Virus record (IMG/VR): IMGVR_UViG_3300046469_000011
Coordinates: 27,878-91,877 of that record
Reading direction: 5' to 3' (one strand)
Source: a virus
Taxonomy: Duplodnaviria > Caudoviricetes
DNA: 64,000 nt
Both the position numbers and the translations under genes were made by a program. Each line of letters opens with the position of its first letter. The first letter of the stretch is position 1. The notes under the pieces are model-generated. The model was given only the letters and a program-made list of their open reading frames with translations, was not told where the DNA came from and did no database searches. Below, one piece after another: positions 62,745-64,000 of this stretch.

Positions 62745-62805
62745 GCGCATAAATGGTGAACGGTGAAACGATATATCCGGGCGGGTTCGATCCCCGCTAT
62801 GCGCT
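62745..62805 (+). ncRNA. tRNA-like element (acceptor stem + T-arm, no anticodon arm)
   Basis: GCGCATA/TATGCGC 7 bp; GCGGG-TTCGATC-CCCGC T-arm; only 29 nt in between; no CCA. Confidence 0.55.
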
Positions 62806-62843
62806 GTGAAGTGCCAGTAAAACCAACCAAAAAAGGAGTAACC

Positions 62844-63278
62844 ATGAGCAATCGCTCATTCGCCGTCCGCGCCAACAATCGTGCGCGTCATTTCGTTGCA
62901 AAGTCCGAGCGCGTCAATGAGCCTGCTTCGGATCGCCAGAAGTATTTCATCGCCCGACTCATCAAGAACGGCGAGAAAATCGGCGTCGCCAGCGACATTC
63001 GGGCCGAGTATGGCCGGATTCTGCGCCAGCCGATGACCTACGGCGAGGCCGATGCGCTCATCAAGGAGATCACCGAGGTCAACGCCACTCAGGTCAAGCG
63101 GAATTCCCACACGAAGCCCGCCACGACCGCTCGCAAGGCCGCTCAGAGCGCGATCAAGGCCACGGCGAAGCCGTCAAAGCCGAGCCGCGAGCAGGTCATC
63201 GCCGCTATCGAGACAATCGAAGCCGCGAAGCTGCCGTCGAAGGTGCTGCGGAACAACCTGGCTGTCTACGCCGCCTAG
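62844..63278 (+). CDS. Hypothetical early protein
   Basis: AAAAGGAG RBS; ASDRQKYFIARL...MTYGEADALI motif. Confidence 0.8.
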   Translation: MSNRSFAVRANNRARHFVAKSERVNEPASDRQKYFIARLIKNGEKIGVASDIRAEYGRILRQPMTYGEADALIKEITEVNATQVKRNSHTKPATTARKAAQSAIKATAKPSKPSREQVIAAIETIEAAKLPSKVLRNNLAVYAA

Positions 63279-63284
63279 TTCGAG

Positions 63285-63312
63285 AAACCCCGCTGAAATA
63301 TGCGGGGTTTTT
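63285..63312 (+). terminator. Hairpin with TGAAATAT loop and U tail
   Basis: AAACCCCGC-TGAAATAT-GCGGGGTTT-TT. Confidence 0.55.
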
Positions 63313-63367
63313 CGCCTGATCGGGCAATTGCTTCGGTCGGACGAAAAACCCCAATAAAGGAGAAACA

Positions 63368-63544
63368 ATGTTTTTCATCGTGCAGGCTCGTTGCACCGAT
63401 CCGGACACCGATCCAATGTGCGACGAAATCGGGCATCGCGTCATCAAGAAGATTCCGGTTGAGAATCGGGAAATGATGCGTGAGACGCTCAAGCGGTGGC
63501 GCGAAATTGGGCGTGTGATCGACGACATTTCTGTGGTCGCATGA
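63368..63544 (+). CDS. Hypothetical early protein, 58 aa
   Basis: Translated by hand MFFIVQARCTDPD...; AAAGGAG RBS. Confidence 0.7.
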   Translation: MFFIVQARCTDPDTDPMCDEIGHRVIKKIPVENREMMRETLKRWREIGRVIDDISVVA

Positions 63545-63651
63545 AGGCCGCATTCTTGTTCGTGTTGTTCGTCGCCATTGCTGGATTTTTGGCGAACGAG
63601 ATCGGGACATTCGTAAATCACGTCATCAGCCAGTTGGCTGTGGCGTTGTAG
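63541..63651 (+). CDS. Small membrane peptide, 36 aa
   Basis: MKAAFLFVLFVAIAGFLA...; ATGA overlap. Confidence 0.55.
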   Translation: MKAAFLFVLFVAIAGFLANEIGTFVNHVISQLAVAL

Positions 63652-63670
63652 GCAACCAAAAGGAGCGACC

Positions 63671-63817
63671 ATGATTTCAGTCAAGGTCACTGACGAGCAG
63701 GGCCGGACCATGACGCGGATTTCCTGCAAGGATCGGGAATCCGCTATCCGCGTCAAGGCGTCGTATCGCGGATCGGGCCTGACGGCTTCGATTCGGGAGA
63801 TTCCGCTGTCGCGCTGA
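63671..63817 (+). CDS. Hypothetical early protein, 48 aa
   Basis: AAAAGGAG RBS; MISVKVTDEQGR... Confidence 0.7.
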   Translation: MISVKVTDEQGRTMTRISCKDRESAIRVKASYRGSGLTASIREIPLSR

Positions 63818-63829
63818 TCTTTCGGGCGA

Positions 63830-63865
63830 ACAAAAGCGCAGGCTGAAATATGTCTGCGTTTTTGT
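63830..63865 (+). terminator. Second hairpin with the same TGAAATAT loop
   Basis: 14-bp stem ACAAAAGCGCAGGC/GTCTGCGTTTTTGT. Confidence 0.55.
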
Positions 63866-63906
63866 CCCTCCGGGGAAAAAGCAATCCACAAATAAAGGAG
63901 TGCAGC

Positions 63907-64000
63907 ATGGCCGGTGGCTCATCCCATAGCGCGAAGCCGTCAAAGGGCGGAACGCGGAAGTACGGTCGTAACGTCCGGCGCTACGGCGCTTTCGGCGGCG
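63907..64000 (+). CDS. Hypothetical basic protein, partial
   Basis: AAAGGAG RBS; MAGGSSHSAKPSKGGTRKYGR... runs off the window. Confidence 0.6.
   Translation, partial: MAGGSSHSAKPSKGGTRKYGRNVRRYGAFGG

Noticed and set aside
62745-62805. Canonical tRNA gene
   Set aside because: Too short between acceptor stem and T-arm, no anticodon stem-loop, no CCA; reported only as tRNA-like.
1-64000. Stop-codon reassignment, integrase/prophage boundaries, introns or inteins
   Set aside because: Long genes are intact under the standard code with normal lengths; no integrase, host genes or splice motifs recognised.

Overview
This window is part of a tailed dsDNA phage genome with siphovirus-type tail genes, and almost all of it is coded on the - strand. 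Leaderless promoters and the gene content suggest an actinobacterial host (inference). Reading right to left: small early + strand genes with structured intergenic RNAs (62.7-64 kb); a ~1 kb non-coding strand-switch region; small middle/regulatory genes (DGQHR, LuxR-type HTH); a head-tail operon (Mu-I-like protease/scaffold, decoration protein, lambda-E-type major capsid, tail tube, frameshifted chaperone, tape measure, Dit, hub); a small + strand membrane-protein cassette; a replication/recombination module (SF2 helicase, RNase H, DnaB, methyltransferase, primase, SSB, dNMP kinase, DnaE, RecA, Cas4-like nuclease, RusA); a separate terminase-portal-tail fibre block with C1q-like and GH26 domains; and, at 1.1-5.2 kb, a translationally coupled array of 15 small, very basic Arg/Lys/His-rich, protamine/histone-like proteins that share shuffled peptide motifs. 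That array is the main candidate for an undescribed system. The second is a promoter-driven, heavily base-paired ~350-nt non-coding region next to RNase H (34.45-34.82 kb). No integrase, CRISPR array, rRNA or canonical tRNA was seen. All family assignments come from recognising motifs by eye; no database searches were run.
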